From Planctomycetota bacterium (GTDB taxonomy: Bacteria > Planctomycetota > B15-G4): a DNA stretch of 64,000 bases. The notes beneath the pieces were generated by a model that was not told where the DNA came from, did not search any database, and saw only the letters and a list, made by a program, of their open reading frames with translations. Numbering within the stretch: the stretch's first letter is position 1; every line of letters begins with the position of its first letter. The stretch covers positions 416,001 through 480,000 of the forward strand of contig CBDFJQ010000002.1 of the NCBI GenBank assembly GCA_965248575.1, written 5' to 3'. Of this stretch, positions 27,878 through 38,110 are shown piece after piece. A program made the translations under genes and the position numbers.

Positions 27878-29682
27878 GAAGCCAGCGCCTCGAAAGGCCA
27901 GAACCAGGGGATGACCCACATGGACACGATGAACAGCAAGACGTTCAACGGCAGGCCGATCCGCAGATAGTCGGTGAAGCGATAGCCGCCTGGCGCGTAG
28001 ACGAAGAGGTTTGTCTGGTATCCGATGGGGGTGGAGAAGCTCGCGCTCGCACCGAACAGCGTGGCGAAGACGAAGGGCTCTGGTTGATACCCCATCGAGA
28101 ATGCGGTCTGGATCGCCAGCGGCGTGACGAGCACGGCCACCGCATTGTTCGAGACGAGACTCGTCAGCGCCGCAGACAGCAGGTAGATCCCCGCCATCAC
28201 GGCCAGGGGGCCGTTGGATTGGAGCGAGTCCACGAGCCAGCCGCTGGCGTGGTCCAGCACACCTGTCTTGTCCAACGCACGGCCCAGGGCGAGCATGCCG
28301 GCGATCAGGAACACGATGCTCATGTCGATGGCGTCGTAGGCCATGCGCATGGACAGGCACCCGGTGAGCACCATGAGCGCCACGCCGGTCAGGGCGAGGG
28401 TCACGATGGGAAGGATCTCCAGGGCTGCCAGCAGGACCACGAGGGCCATGATGCCCAGGGCGATGGGGGCCTTGTCGTGCCGCACCACCTGCCGCTCCAC
28501 GCCTTCCAAGAGGATGAACTCGTTGGATGTGCGCAGATTCTCGATCATCGATTCTTCACAAACCACCAGCAGCGTGTCACCGAGTCTGAGTCGGATCTCG
28601 CTGACCCGCTCTCTCAGGTGCTCGTCGCGACGCAGCACGGCGATCGCGGCGGCGTTCCCATGCCTCCGTGCAAAGCCGGCACGGGCGATGGTGCGACCGA
28701 TGAGCGGGCTGTTGGGGTTGATGACCAACTCGACCATGGTCATGGTCTTGCCCTTGCCCTCCTGGGCGAGCAAGGCGCCCAACTCCGAGGGCAACGTGAT
28801 GCCATCCCGGTCGAGCAGTGCATTGATGGCCCCGGGCTCGCCCTTCAACAGCAGCACATCCCCCTCGCGGATGAACTGCGCCTTTGGGTTGGCCACCAGG
28901 GGGGCGAAGACCACGTCGTCACCGCGGATGAGCATCAGCGGCGTGATGCCCTGAGACTTGGTGAGCAACTCCTGGTAGCTCTTGGAGATGAGCGGGGAGC
29001 CTGACTCGAAGCAGACCTCGGTCACGAACTCGCGGATGCGCCCCGCCGACGTGGCGTTCGAGACCGACATGCGGTCGGGCAGCAAGCGCGTGGCAAAGAG
29101 CCCCATGAAGGCGAAGCCGACCGCGGCGAAGATGATGCCGGGGATGGAGAACTCGAACATGCTCATGGTCATGTGCGAGTGAATGCGTGCCTCCTCGGCC
29201 ACGAGCAGGTTGGTGCTGGTGCCGATCAAGGTGCAGGTGCCGCCCATGATGGATGCATAGCTCATGGGGATCAGCAGCTTCGACGGAGCGATGTCGAAGG
29301 AGGCCGCGGCGCCCAGCACGATGGGCAGGAAGATCACGGTCACCGGGGTGTTGTTCAGGAAGGCGGAGCTGACGGCCACGGTGACCATCACCATGAGCAC
29401 CAGCCGTTTCCCGTTGCCCTTGGAGATGTGGAACATCAGGTGCGTGATGCGGTCCAGCGTGCCGGCGCGGATTAGCCCTGCCGACAGCACGAACATGGCC
29501 GCAACCGTGATCAAGGCCGGGTTTCCGAACCCGTCGAACACCTCGCTGGGTGTCAGGGTGCCGCGCAGCACGAGGGCAACCAGGATCAGCAGACCGACGA
29601 GGTCGACTGCCAAGGCCTCCGTGACGAACAACGCGAAGGCGCCCACCATGACGGCGAGCACGAAGTACGCATCAGGGCTCAA
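27874..29682 (-). CDS. SLC13/DASS family permease with TrkA-C domains
   Basis: SAFLNNT, GGTCTLIGTSTNL, two RCK-C-like repeats, SNNA, TPIGYQTN. Confidence 0.93.
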   Translation of the reverse strand: MSPDAYFVLAVMVGAFALFVTEALAVDLVGLLILVALVLRGTLTPSEVFDGFGNPALITVAAMFVLSAGLIRAGTLDRITHLMFHISKGNGKRLVLMVMVTVAVSSAFLNNTPVTVIFLPIVLGAAASFDIAPSKLLIPMSYASIMGGTCTLIGTSTNLLVAEEARIHSHMTMSMFEFSIPGIIFAAVGFAFMGLFATRLLPDRMSVSNATSAGRIREFVTEVCFESGSPLISKSYQELLTKSQGITPLMLIRGDDVVFAPLVANPKAQFIREGDVLLLKGEPGAINALLDRDGITLPSELGALLAQEGKGKTMTMVELVINPNSPLIGRTIARAGFARRHGNAAAIAVLRRDEHLRERVSEIRLRLGDTLLVVCEESMIENLRTSNEFILLEGVERQVVRHDKAPIALGIMALVVLLAALEILPIVTLALTGVALMVLTGCLSMRMAYDAIDMSIVFLIAGMLALGRALDKTGVLDHASGWLVDSLQSNGPLAVMAGIYLLSAALTSLVSNNAVAVLVTPLAIQTAFSMGYQPEPFVFATLFGASASFSTPIGYQTNLFVYAPGGYRFTDYLRIGLPLNVLLFIVSMWVIPWFWPFEALAS

Positions 29683-30629
29683 CGGGCGGCCAACCCGAAG
29701 GAGGTTCGCCAGGCGCTCGGTGCTTCGCCAGTGCCATGCACGACCCCGAAGAATGCGTCCTGCAACTGCGAGGTGACGGGGCCCGCCTGTCCTTCACCGA
29801 TCTGTCGCCCGTCCACCTCGCGAACCGGGGTGACCTCGGCCGCGGTGCCCGTGAGGAACACTTCGTCGGCGACCATCAAGGCATCCCGCGCGATGTTGCA
29901 TTCCACGATGTCCAGCAGTCCGAGGGATTCCTTCAGACGGAAGGCGAGGCGCAGCACCGTGTCGCGCGTGATTCCGGGCAGGATGGCGGCGGACGGGGGA
30001 GGAGTCATGAGCACGCGGTCGCGGATCATGAACAGGTTCTCTCCGCTGCCTTCGCAGACGTGTCCGGTGTCATCCATCAACAGGGCCTCGTCGAAGCCCA
30101 GGTCCACCGCTTCGCGCTTGGCCAGGGTGGAGGTGACGTACTGGCCGTTGATCTTGGCGCGGGACATGAAACTGCCCAGTCCCCCGCGGCGGTAGGCGGA
30201 CACACGCACCCTGATGCCCTTGCGCAAGCCGTCCTCGCCCAGGTACGCACCCCAAGCCTGGGCCGCCACGGCCACGTGCACGGGGGGCATGCTGCCGAGA
30301 CCGCCGAGGGTTCCATCGTCTTGCCAGACCACGGGGCGCAGGTAGCCGTCCTGGAGTTCGTTGGCCTGCAGCACATCGACACAGGCGTGGGCCAGCTCTT
30401 TGCGGCTGAAGGGCAGGGTCAGATTGCAGACGCAGGCGCTGTCCTCGAGCCGGCGTAGGTGGTCACCCAGACGGAAGATCGAGGATTGGCCCTCTTCGCC
30501 GGGAGCGCGGGAGGCATAGCTGCGGATGCCCTCGAACACGCCCACTCCGTAGTGCAGGGTGTGGGCGAGGACGCTGACACGAGCCTCTTCGAGAGGCACG
30601 ATCTGTCCGTCGATCCAGGTAGAGGGCAT
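29679..30629 (-). CDS. ilvE: Branched-chain amino acid aminotransferase
   Basis: HTLHYGVGVFEGIR, AKINGQY, EGSGENLF, ILPGITRD, ADEVFLTGTAAEV. Confidence 0.95.
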   Translation of the reverse strand: MPSTWIDGQIVPLEEARVSVLAHTLHYGVGVFEGIRSYASRAPGEEGQSSIFRLGDHLRRLEDSACVCNLTLPFSRKELAHACVDVLQANELQDGYLRPVVWQDDGTLGGLGSMPPVHVAVAAQAWGAYLGEDGLRKGIRVRVSAYRRGGLGSFMSRAKINGQYVTSTLAKREAVDLGFDEALLMDDTGHVCEGSGENLFMIRDRVLMTPPPSAAILPGITRDTVLRLAFRLKESLGLLDIVECNIARDALMVADEVFLTGTAAEVTPVREVDGRQIGEGQAGPVTSQLQDAFFGVVHGTGEAPSAWRTSFGLAAR

Positions 30630-30893
30630 GTGTGATGTCCGTGGGCTGGCCGTCGAGACGGCCTGAGTTGTTCGACTGCCGGTGTCCATCCATCCCTGGG
30701 GGCGTTCCATCCAGCCGTCAGTTCCCGCCAGGGAGGCTCGGCCATTCTATCCAAGTCGCGGCCCCCGGGTGAGCTGTTGATGCAGCAGCATCCCGGCCGA
30801 AGCGCCCTTGCAGCAGCAGATTCTCCCAACGCGCCACTCTCGGGCCGAGTAGATCTCTTGCTCCCACGACCCTTGAGCGGTTAACTCCGAGGC

Positions 30894-32357
30894 ATGGCTC
30901 CTTTTCTAGAAACAGTGCTCTGCTCTGCCCGGCGAAGCATTCGCCTGGGTTTTTGCGCCCTCGGTCTCGCCTGTCTCGCAACAAGTTGCGGTGACGGCCA
31001 GGCAGTCGCCGAGCCAGCGGCGCCTGTGCTGCTGGTGGGGGTCGACGGGCTGGAGTGGGAGGTGTTGCGCCCACTTATGGAATCTGGTCGATGCCCGAAC
31101 CTGCGGAAGCTCGCTGAGTCCGGCAGCTTCGGCAAGTTGGGCACTTTCATTCCGACGCACAGCCCCGTGGTCTGGACATCCATCGCCACGGGCAAACGCA
31201 TGGAGGAGCACGGCATCACCAGCTTCTTGGATGGGCAGCAGCGAGCGTTCACGTCCTCTCGACGGAACGGGCGCGCCCTCTGGAACATCACCGATCTCTA
31301 CGGCTTGTCGTCCAATGTCTTCGGCTGGTGGATTACCTGGCCGGTGGAGCCGGTGCGCGGCGTGATGGTCAGCGGTACGAGCGCCGTGGCGCAGCTGGCG
31401 GACAACTGGAAGCCAGCGCTCATGCCTGATGTCGAGGACCAGGTGCACCCGCCAGAACTCACGGAGCAGGTGTTGCAGCTCGCCGCAGAGGCCGGCTCGG
31501 AACAGGAGCTCATCCGCCTGGCCCGGGAGAAGGTCTTCGGCAACTACGCCGAGGGCATCATGGGGGCCGCCGAAGAGAAGCTCATCGACCAGACCCTCTG
31601 GTCCGTACAGTCCGATGCCACCTACTTCAGCATCGCCAAGACCCTCATCCCGGAGCATCCGGCCGACCTGAACATGGTCTATTTCGGTGGACCCGACGTG
31701 GCCGGCCATCGGTTTTGGCGGCACCTGCATCCGGAGGGTTTCGCCTATTCTGGCACGAGCGCCGCGGCCGACGAGGCCCTGGCTGACGTCTTGCCCAGCT
31801 ACTACGAGTGGGTGGACGGCATGATTGGTGAACTCGTGGGCCTGGTGGGACCAGGCACGACCGTGATGGTGGTGTCCGACCACGGCATGCACGCCATTGC
31901 CCTCAAGAAGGCCAACAGCGCCCACACCACAGGGGACCATCAGGATGGTGCCCCGGGGGTGCTCATCGCGTCCGGGCCCGGCATCCGCGAGCAGGGGGAC
32001 TTCGATCGCTTCCTGAAGAGCGGAGCCTTGCCCGTACACGGGTCGGTCTACGCCGTGGCCCCGACGGTTCTGGGCCTGCTCGGGATCCCCGCCGCCCGAG
32101 ACATGGAGCAGCGCGTGTATCGCAACATCCTGACCCCCGAGACCCGGGAGCGTGTCCAGGCCCTGGAGTTGGTGGAGACCCACGACGAAGGCTTCCGGGC
32201 ACCGAGCCTGGTGCAGATGTCCAAGGCGGGGGAGGAAGCCTTCACGAGGCGCTTCAGGGAGCTGGGGTACCTCGGGGTTCCTGCTGCGGAGAACAGCCGG
32301 ACCGTCAACCCGAACGACTACAAGCCGGACCTGGACCAGGAGGTGGACGAGGGCTGA
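30894..32357 (+). CDS. Alkaline phosphatase superfamily (nucleotide pyrophosphatase/phosphodiesterase-like) lipoprotein
   Basis: Lipobox-like ATSC, GVDGLEW, HSPVVWTSIATG, D..GH, VVSDHG, C-term RELGY. Confidence 0.85.
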   Translation: MAPFLETVLCSARRSIRLGFCALGLACLATSCGDGQAVAEPAAPVLLVGVDGLEWEVLRPLMESGRCPNLRKLAESGSFGKLGTFIPTHSPVVWTSIATGKRMEEHGITSFLDGQQRAFTSSRRNGRALWNITDLYGLSSNVFGWWITWPVEPVRGVMVSGTSAVAQLADNWKPALMPDVEDQVHPPELTEQVLQLAAEAGSEQELIRLAREKVFGNYAEGIMGAAEEKLIDQTLWSVQSDATYFSIAKTLIPEHPADLNMVYFGGPDVAGHRFWRHLHPEGFAYSGTSAAADEALADVLPSYYEWVDGMIGELVGLVGPGTTVMVVSDHGMHAIALKKANSAHTTGDHQDGAPGVLIASGPGIREQGDFDRFLKSGALPVHGSVYAVAPTVLGLLGIPAARDMEQRVYRNILTPETRERVQALELVETHDEGFRAPSLVQMSKAGEEAFTRRFRELGYLGVPAAENSRTVNPNDYKPDLDQEVDEG

Positions 32358-32572
32358 GGGCGGCAGGCTCGGGAAGGGGCTAGAACGGACGCTTCGGATG
32401 CCGGACAGCTTCCTCAAAGGCGAGGGGCCGCAGCGGCCGATAGAGGCGACGGGCCCGTTCCGGCGCTTCAATCGGCTCTTCCGATGCGCTACGTTCCCCC
32501 ACTTCCGCGAGTGATTCGGCCCGGATCACCGCAACCAGGACTCAGCCCGTCCCCGAAAACAGGACTCGACCC

Positions 32573-33229
32573 ATGGCGGATTGCTTCGTTCCCTCCAAGG
32601 CCCGTATCGAGAACACGGACATCGTGACCATCGACGACGATGACGACGATGCCCCCTGCGGCGAAGGCGGCAAGGAGGACAAGGGTGCGGGTGCCATGCT
32701 GGGCCAGCGACTGCTGAAGAAGCGCGTCATCATGCTGGCCAAGCCGGTCGACCGTGACCTGATGGCGGCCACCGTGGCGCAGCTCCTGGTGCTCGATGCC
32801 GAGTCGCATGAACCCATCACGATGTACATCAACTGCCCCGGTGGGGACGCGGACTCGGGCTTCGGCATGTACGACGCCATGAAGTTCATCGAGTCGCCCA
32901 TCACGACGGTCTGCATGGGGCTGGCCGCCAGCGCGGCCATCATCATCTTCCTCGGCGGTGACAAGGGGCGTCGCTTCTCCATGCCCAACAGCCGCTTCCT
33001 GATCCACCAGCCCAGCAGCCAGGCCCAGGGCCAGGCCTCTGATCTTGAGATCACGGCCAATGAGATCCTGAAGACGCGCGACAAGTACAACGACATCATC
33101 GCAGCGGAAACGGGCGTGACAGCCAAGGCCATCGTGAAGGATGCCCATCGCGACTTCTGGCTGAGTGCCCAGGAAGCCGTGGACTACAAGCTCGCCGACA
33201 AGCTGGTCAGCAAGGCGTCCGAACTCTGA
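32573..33229 (+). CDS. clpP: ATP-dependent Clp protease proteolytic subunit
   Basis: YINCPGG, GLAAS (Ser), LIHQP (His), RDFWLSAQEAVDY. Confidence 0.93.
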   Translation: MADCFVPSKARIENTDIVTIDDDDDDAPCGEGGKEDKGAGAMLGQRLLKKRVIMLAKPVDRDLMAATVAQLLVLDAESHEPITMYINCPGGDADSGFGMYDAMKFIESPITTVCMGLAASAAIIIFLGGDKGRRFSMPNSRFLIHQPSSQAQGQASDLEITANEILKTRDKYNDIIAAETGVTAKAIVKDAHRDFWLSAQEAVDYKLADKLVSKASEL

Positions 33230-33231
33230 GC

Positions 33232-34263
33232 CTAGCGGCGGGCGAGAACGTCCTTCAGGCGTTTCACCTCGTTGATCTGCTGGAAGATGGAGCCCCCTGA
33301 GAAGGGCTCGGCCTGTTCCACCAGTTGGCGTAGGGCATTGATGGCCTCGCGTTGGACGATGTTGTGGCTGTCGTCCAGAGCGCGCGCGATGCCGTGCACG
33401 GCCTGGCGGTCGCCGATGGCCTCCAGCAGCGCGATGGCAGACTGACGGTCGAGGGCGGCCCCCTCCGCGTTGGTTCCGTCCGCCTTTGGGTCGACCTTGA
33501 GTCGGGCACTCAGCGCTTCGTGTCGCCCGTGGTCCGCGAGGCCAGCGAGTGCCTGCCGGATGCGTTCACCCTGTTCGAGGCTCGCGGCCGTCTCTTCTGC
33601 GCTGAGTTTCTCGTCGCCCTGCCGGCCCTGCTCCACCCGATAGATGGTGGTGTAGACCTCGGCCAGGGCGCCCAGCCCCGCCTCGGTGCCCAAGGATGCC
33701 AGGCCCACCGCAGCCTCCAGCCGCAGCTCGGTGTCCCCATCCTCGAGCAGGGGCTCCAGTTGGGGGATCAGGTGCAGCAGCTGGAGCTCGCCCGCCTTGC
33801 GCGCCGCAAAGCGACGCAGGGCGAGGGGGGCGGGAGGCGTGGCCTCTAGCTGGGCTTCCACCAGATCCCAATCGCGCATGTCCGCCAGGCGCACGAGGCA
33901 GCTCTGGATGCTGGCCTGCTTGACGGTGCTGGTGGTCTTGGCCTCCTCGAGCAGGATCGGGATGGCCGCGCGCCCGAATTCCAGAACGCCTTGCTCCGCA
34001 ATGAGGCGCGCTTTCGTTTTCTTGGACGTGAGCTTCTTGATGACCCTGTCCAGCTTGGCCTTGTCCGTGGCGGACAGTGCCGGAGGAGCCTCAGGGGCCG
34101 GCAGCGCGGCCCGCAAGGCCGCCGGGTCGGGCGCGTCCTGGGGCTGGCTGAGGCTCGCGCCGAGCAGTCCGCTCATCACGCCCAGACAGAGGGCAGTCAG
34201 AGGCAGCACTCGAGCAAGAGGCGTGCAGGAGATGGGCGAGGGCAGGGCTCGGCGCTTCAGCAT
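33232..34263 (-). CDS. Exported HEAT-repeat protein
   Basis: Signal-like N-term; LEDGDTELRLEAAVGLA, LDDSHNIVQREAINAL. Confidence 0.78.
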   Translation of the reverse strand: MLKRRALPSPISCTPLARVLPLTALCLGVMSGLLGASLSQPQDAPDPAALRAALPAPEAPPALSATDKAKLDRVIKKLTSKKTKARLIAEQGVLEFGRAAIPILLEEAKTTSTVKQASIQSCLVRLADMRDWDLVEAQLEATPPAPLALRRFAARKAGELQLLHLIPQLEPLLEDGDTELRLEAAVGLASLGTEAGLGALAEVYTTIYRVEQGRQGDEKLSAEETAASLEQGERIRQALAGLADHGRHEALSARLKVDPKADGTNAEGAALDRQSAIALLEAIGDRQAVHGIARALDDSHNIVQREAINALRQLVEQAEPFSGGSIFQQINEVKRLKDVLARR

Positions 34264-34320
34264 GGAAAACCCCTTCAGAGTCGGCGTTGTGACGGTGCAC
34301 TGGAACGGAGAGTATAGGGC

Positions 34321-35841
34321 TTGGCCATGAACGTCACAGTCATCCTGCTCGCCTTGATCCTGGGACTTGCACCGCTGCTGGCGGGGCTGCTCGACGTGTT
34401 GACCACCCCGGAAGCCCTGGCTGATGTGTTCAACGCCCGGGTGCTCTCCCTGTGGGGGGGCACGGTGCTTCTGGGCCTGGCGACCGCCGCCAGTTCGATG
34501 TTGGTGGGCGTGCCCGTGGGCTGGACGGTGGCGCGCTGCCAGCGGACGGGCTGGGTGGGTGCACTCCTGCCCCTGCCCCTGATCCTGCCGCCTTGGGTGG
34601 TGGGCGTTGCCTGGACGGAGGCCGCGCCCCTGAGCGGCTTCTGGGGCGCTGTCTTCCTGCTGACGACCTCCTTGTGGCCGTTGGTGGCGCTCTTCGCCGT
34701 GCGTGGATTCCGGTCGACGACGCGGGCGGGGGAGACGGCGCGCCTGTTCCGCGGGCGATCTGCGTCTTGGAGGCAGGTGGAGTTGCCGCTGGCCATGCCG
34801 TCGATTCTGTCCGGCACGCTGCTCGTGTTCGTGTTCGCCACCACGGACTTTGGCGTGGTCGACTTCCTGTCGTTCAGTTCACCCGAGCCCTTCGTCGTAC
34901 TCTCGTCCGAGATCTTCCAGAAGTGGGCGCGGGTGCAAAGCGGCGCGGGGGCGGCAGCGGTGTCCGTGCCTGCGATCCTGTCATCGCTGCTGGCCCTGGC
35001 AGGCATCCTGCTGCTCGAGAGCCGACACGTCGGTCGCTTCCGTGGAGCGTTGCCCCGGGCGCCCCAGTTCCAACGGATGGGCGTGGGGCGTGGTCTCGGG
35101 CTGCTTGCCCTGGCAGCCGTGACGGCTGTCCCGCTCGTGGTCCTCGCGGGTTGGGCCCTGCGGGGTGAGACGGTGTTGGCCCCGATCGCTGCGCATCGCG
35201 ACAAGATCGTGCTCTCGGTGCTCGTGGCGGCGGCCACGGGCGCGTTGATCGCTGGCTTGGGCGTGAAGCTCGCGCGCCTGACCCTGGAATGGGGCCCGCG
35301 TCGAGGTGGGCGTCTGCTGGCGCTCCTGCTGTTGCCGCTGGCCGCTCCAGCCGTGACCTTCGCCGTGGGAGAGATCCGACTCTGGAACCACCCGCTCAAC
35401 CCGCTGTCCGACCTGATCTACCCTTCTCCGCTGCTGCTGGTGTTGGCGCTGACCGGACGCCTGCTGCCCCTGGGGGTGCTGGTGGCGCGGGCCGTGTTGG
35501 TACGCCAGGACAACTTGCCGTTCGCGGCCGCCCGGCTCGCGGGTCGCGGCGGGTGGGAGCGCTGGTGTCGTGTGGACCTCCCGATGCTGGCGCCGGCCAC
35601 GGGCCTGGCTTTCTCGCTCGGCTTCCTGCTCTCCATGCGTGAGCTGGACATGGTCGTGCTGGTGCCTGCGGGATCGGGCACGTTGGCGCACGTGATCTTC
35701 AGCATGGTTCACAACGGCTCCGATGCGGTGACGGCCGTGCTGTGCTTGACCCTGGTCGCCTTGGTCCTGGTTCCTGCCGCCGTGGCACGCCTGTTGGGGG
35801 TCCCTGGGGTCGATTGCGAGCCCCCCGGGGGCGTGCCATAG
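34321..35841 (+). CDS. ABC transporter permease, FbpB/ThiP-like duplicated architecture
   Basis: About 12 TMs, two degenerate EAA loops (ETARLFRG...VELPLAMP; AAARLAG...VDLPMLAP), DFGV, MRELD. Confidence 0.8.
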   Translation: MAMNVTVILLALILGLAPLLAGLLDVLTTPEALADVFNARVLSLWGGTVLLGLATAASSMLVGVPVGWTVARCQRTGWVGALLPLPLILPPWVVGVAWTEAAPLSGFWGAVFLLTTSLWPLVALFAVRGFRSTTRAGETARLFRGRSASWRQVELPLAMPSILSGTLLVFVFATTDFGVVDFLSFSSPEPFVVLSSEIFQKWARVQSGAGAAAVSVPAILSSLLALAGILLLESRHVGRFRGALPRAPQFQRMGVGRGLGLLALAAVTAVPLVVLAGWALRGETVLAPIAAHRDKIVLSVLVAAATGALIAGLGVKLARLTLEWGPRRGGRLLALLLLPLAAPAVTFAVGEIRLWNHPLNPLSDLIYPSPLLLVLALTGRLLPLGVLVARAVLVRQDNLPFAAARLAGRGGWERWCRVDLPMLAPATGLAFSLGFLLSMRELDMVVLVPAGSGTLAHVIFSMVHNGSDAVTAVLCLTLVALVLVPAAVARLLGVPGVDCEPPGGVP

Positions 35842-35873
35842 TGGGTCGCCCCTCACGCCGCCCGGAACTCTCC

Positions 35874-36572
35874 ATGTCGTATGCCTTGCGCAGCATCGCG
35901 TTTGTAGCGGAGCTGATTCACCCCCCGGTCAAACACGAGCCGCGGGGGCTCCAACAGTTGCACGCGGAACTTTTCGAGCATCGCGACTGCAACTATCGCG
36001 ACTTCCGGATGGTTCCAGGGGGGGCGCAGTTCAGCAACTCGGCCCCTGGTGGGATGCCCGGTACGCCCGTGTCGGTGGCCAATGTGCTGGCTGACCGCAT
36101 CCAGATCCGTGAGGAGCAGACGGGCGTGTCCAAGGAGGACTTCGAGGCACGCTTGAGCGTCCTGGCCCAAAGCGCCTTGTCCGTCCTGCCCATGCAGCTC
36201 TTCATGGTCCAGCAGTTTGCGGTGAGGTCGCTCATCAATCCTCACTCCGTGGACGATGCGCGGGCCTTCATGATGCAGTCGGTGTTCGGCTACGACGAGA
36301 CGATGCTCGGAGTCTTTCCGGCGCAGCCGAGCCTGTCGGGCATGCGCTTCACATTCCCACCAGACCCCGAGACCCAAGCCGTGTTCAATATGCGGCTGGA
36401 GTCCTACAGCCAAGACAACCGCAGCTTGTTCCTCGAGAACGTCGGCACGTTCGGCAAGCCGCTGGCTGACGGTGCGCTGGGCGAACTGCCGGAACGATTC
36501 GCGAGCACCTACGACTTCATGCAGGACCAGATGGTGGGTTTCGTCTCGCAGTTCGACCACGAGGACGGGTGA
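35874..36572 (+). CDS. Hypothetical protein
   Basis: 232 aa ORF with coding-like codon usage, GTGA overlap with next gene. Confidence 0.7.
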   Translation: MSYALRSIAFVAELIHPPVKHEPRGLQQLHAELFEHRDCNYRDFRMVPGGAQFSNSAPGGMPGTPVSVANVLADRIQIREEQTGVSKEDFEARLSVLAQSALSVLPMQLFMVQQFAVRSLINPHSVDDARAFMMQSVFGYDETMLGVFPAQPSLSGMRFTFPPDPETQAVFNMRLESYSQDNRSLFLENVGTFGKPLADGALGELPERFASTYDFMQDQMVGFVSQFDHEDG

Positions 36573-38110
36573 TGCGGACCGCTGGCGGGCCACGAACCCG
36601 GGGTGGAGTCGTGTGGGGCGGGGCGTGGATGGCGGCCGTTCTTTGTCTGGCCGTCGCGTGTAGCGATGCCCCGCAGGAGGGTCCTTCCGAGCCCTCGCCG
36701 GCTGCTGGCGCCAACCTGATCATCATCTCCCTGGACACCTTTCGGAGCGACACCCTGTCGCTGGAGGAAGGCGGCGGTCCGCGCAAGATCACCCCGAACC
36801 TGGCGCGCTTCGCCGAGCAGAGCGTGACGTTCACCCACGCCCGTGCGACCGCGCCGCAGACCGCGCCGAGCCACATGTCGCTCTTCACGTCCATGTTGCC
36901 CAGTGTGCACGGCGTGCAGAATGTGCAGCACGCAGGGGGCGGCCCCCTGATCGAATCCGTGCCGGACTCCATCCCGACCCTGGCCGAAGTGCTGACGGCG
37001 GGCGGGTATCGGAGTGTGGGTCTGACCGACGGCGGGAACCTCAACCGGGCGCACGGGTTCCCACGCGGCTTCGAGCACTACACCGTGGACCTCTCGGGTG
37101 CCGAGGCGCAGGTTGCCGATGGGCTGAAGTGGCTCGACGAGCTGGCTGCTGCTGACTCGCCCTACTTCTTGTTCTGGCACACCTACGAGGTGCACGCGCC
37201 CTACGTCTCCCCACAGGAGTACATGGATCGTTGGGAGCCCAAGGGCTACGACGGGATCATGTCCGGCCGCCTTGCCCAACTCATGGGCCTCACCTTCCAG
37301 CAACGCTTCTCCGCCATGCGGTCCATCTTCTGGGTGGACAAGGAGCAGTTCGGGTGGCCCGAGTCGGCCTATCTGCACAGCCTCTACAAGGCAGGGGTTC
37401 AGTTCACCGACGCACAGCTGGGTGAGTTGCTGGACGGCATGGAGCAGCGCGGCGTCTTCGACGACACGATCGTGGTGATCCTCTCGGATCACGGCGAGGA
37501 GTTCTTCGAGCACGGCCAGTGGCAGCACGACCAGGTGTTCGAGGAGTGCCTGCGGGTGCCGCTCATGGTGCGCATGCCCGGAGGGGTCGGGGCGGGCACT
37601 CGCATCGACACGCCCGTGGGCATCCTGGATGTCATGCCCACGCTGCTCGAACTCATGGACATCGAGCCGGAGCAACTGCCGCTGGAGTCCATGCCCCGTA
37701 TGCAGGGCCTCTCCCTCGCCGGCAGTGTCCTGCAGGGGACGGAGCCCAGTCCCCGGCCCATCATCAGCGAGTACCGCGCCGACCGGAAGGGCAGCCCTCT
37801 CTACGACTGGCAGGTGGCCATCTACAACGAAGGCATGAAGTACATCGTGGATGAGCACCGCAGCCGGGACGGCGAGAAGCAGTACCTCTACAAGCTCTCT
37901 GCCGACCCGGACGAGCAAAGCAATCTCGCTGAGACTTCACCGGATGTGGTGGCCCGCTTCCGGAAGCTCCGGGAGCACTTCCACCAGGATCTGGAGGCCT
38001 ACGCGAACCTCGAGCGCATGAGCTCGGGAGAGAGCCTGGATTGCGACGCCCTGCGTCAGCTCGTGGAGCTGGGGTATGTCGGAGCCGAGGCGCTGAAGGA
38101 CTGCGACTAG
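36569..38110 (+). CDS. Sulfatase-like hydrolase lipoprotein
   Basis: Lipobox AVAC, ISLDTFRSD, TAPSHMSLFT, HTYEVHAPY, SDHGEEF.EHG, DVMPT, ELGY. Confidence 0.88.
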   Translation: MMRTAGGPRTRGGVVWGGAWMAAVLCLAVACSDAPQEGPSEPSPAAGANLIIISLDTFRSDTLSLEEGGGPRKITPNLARFAEQSVTFTHARATAPQTAPSHMSLFTSMLPSVHGVQNVQHAGGGPLIESVPDSIPTLAEVLTAGGYRSVGLTDGGNLNRAHGFPRGFEHYTVDLSGAEAQVADGLKWLDELAAADSPYFLFWHTYEVHAPYVSPQEYMDRWEPKGYDGIMSGRLAQLMGLTFQQRFSAMRSIFWVDKEQFGWPESAYLHSLYKAGVQFTDAQLGELLDGMEQRGVFDDTIVVILSDHGEEFFEHGQWQHDQVFEECLRVPLMVRMPGGVGAGTRIDTPVGILDVMPTLLELMDIEPEQLPLESMPRMQGLSLAGSVLQGTEPSPRPIISEYRADRKGSPLYDWQVAIYNEGMKYIVDEHRSRDGEKQYLYKLSADPDEQSNLAETSPDVVARFRKLREHFHQDLEAYANLERMSSGESLDCDALRQLVELGYVGAEALKDCD

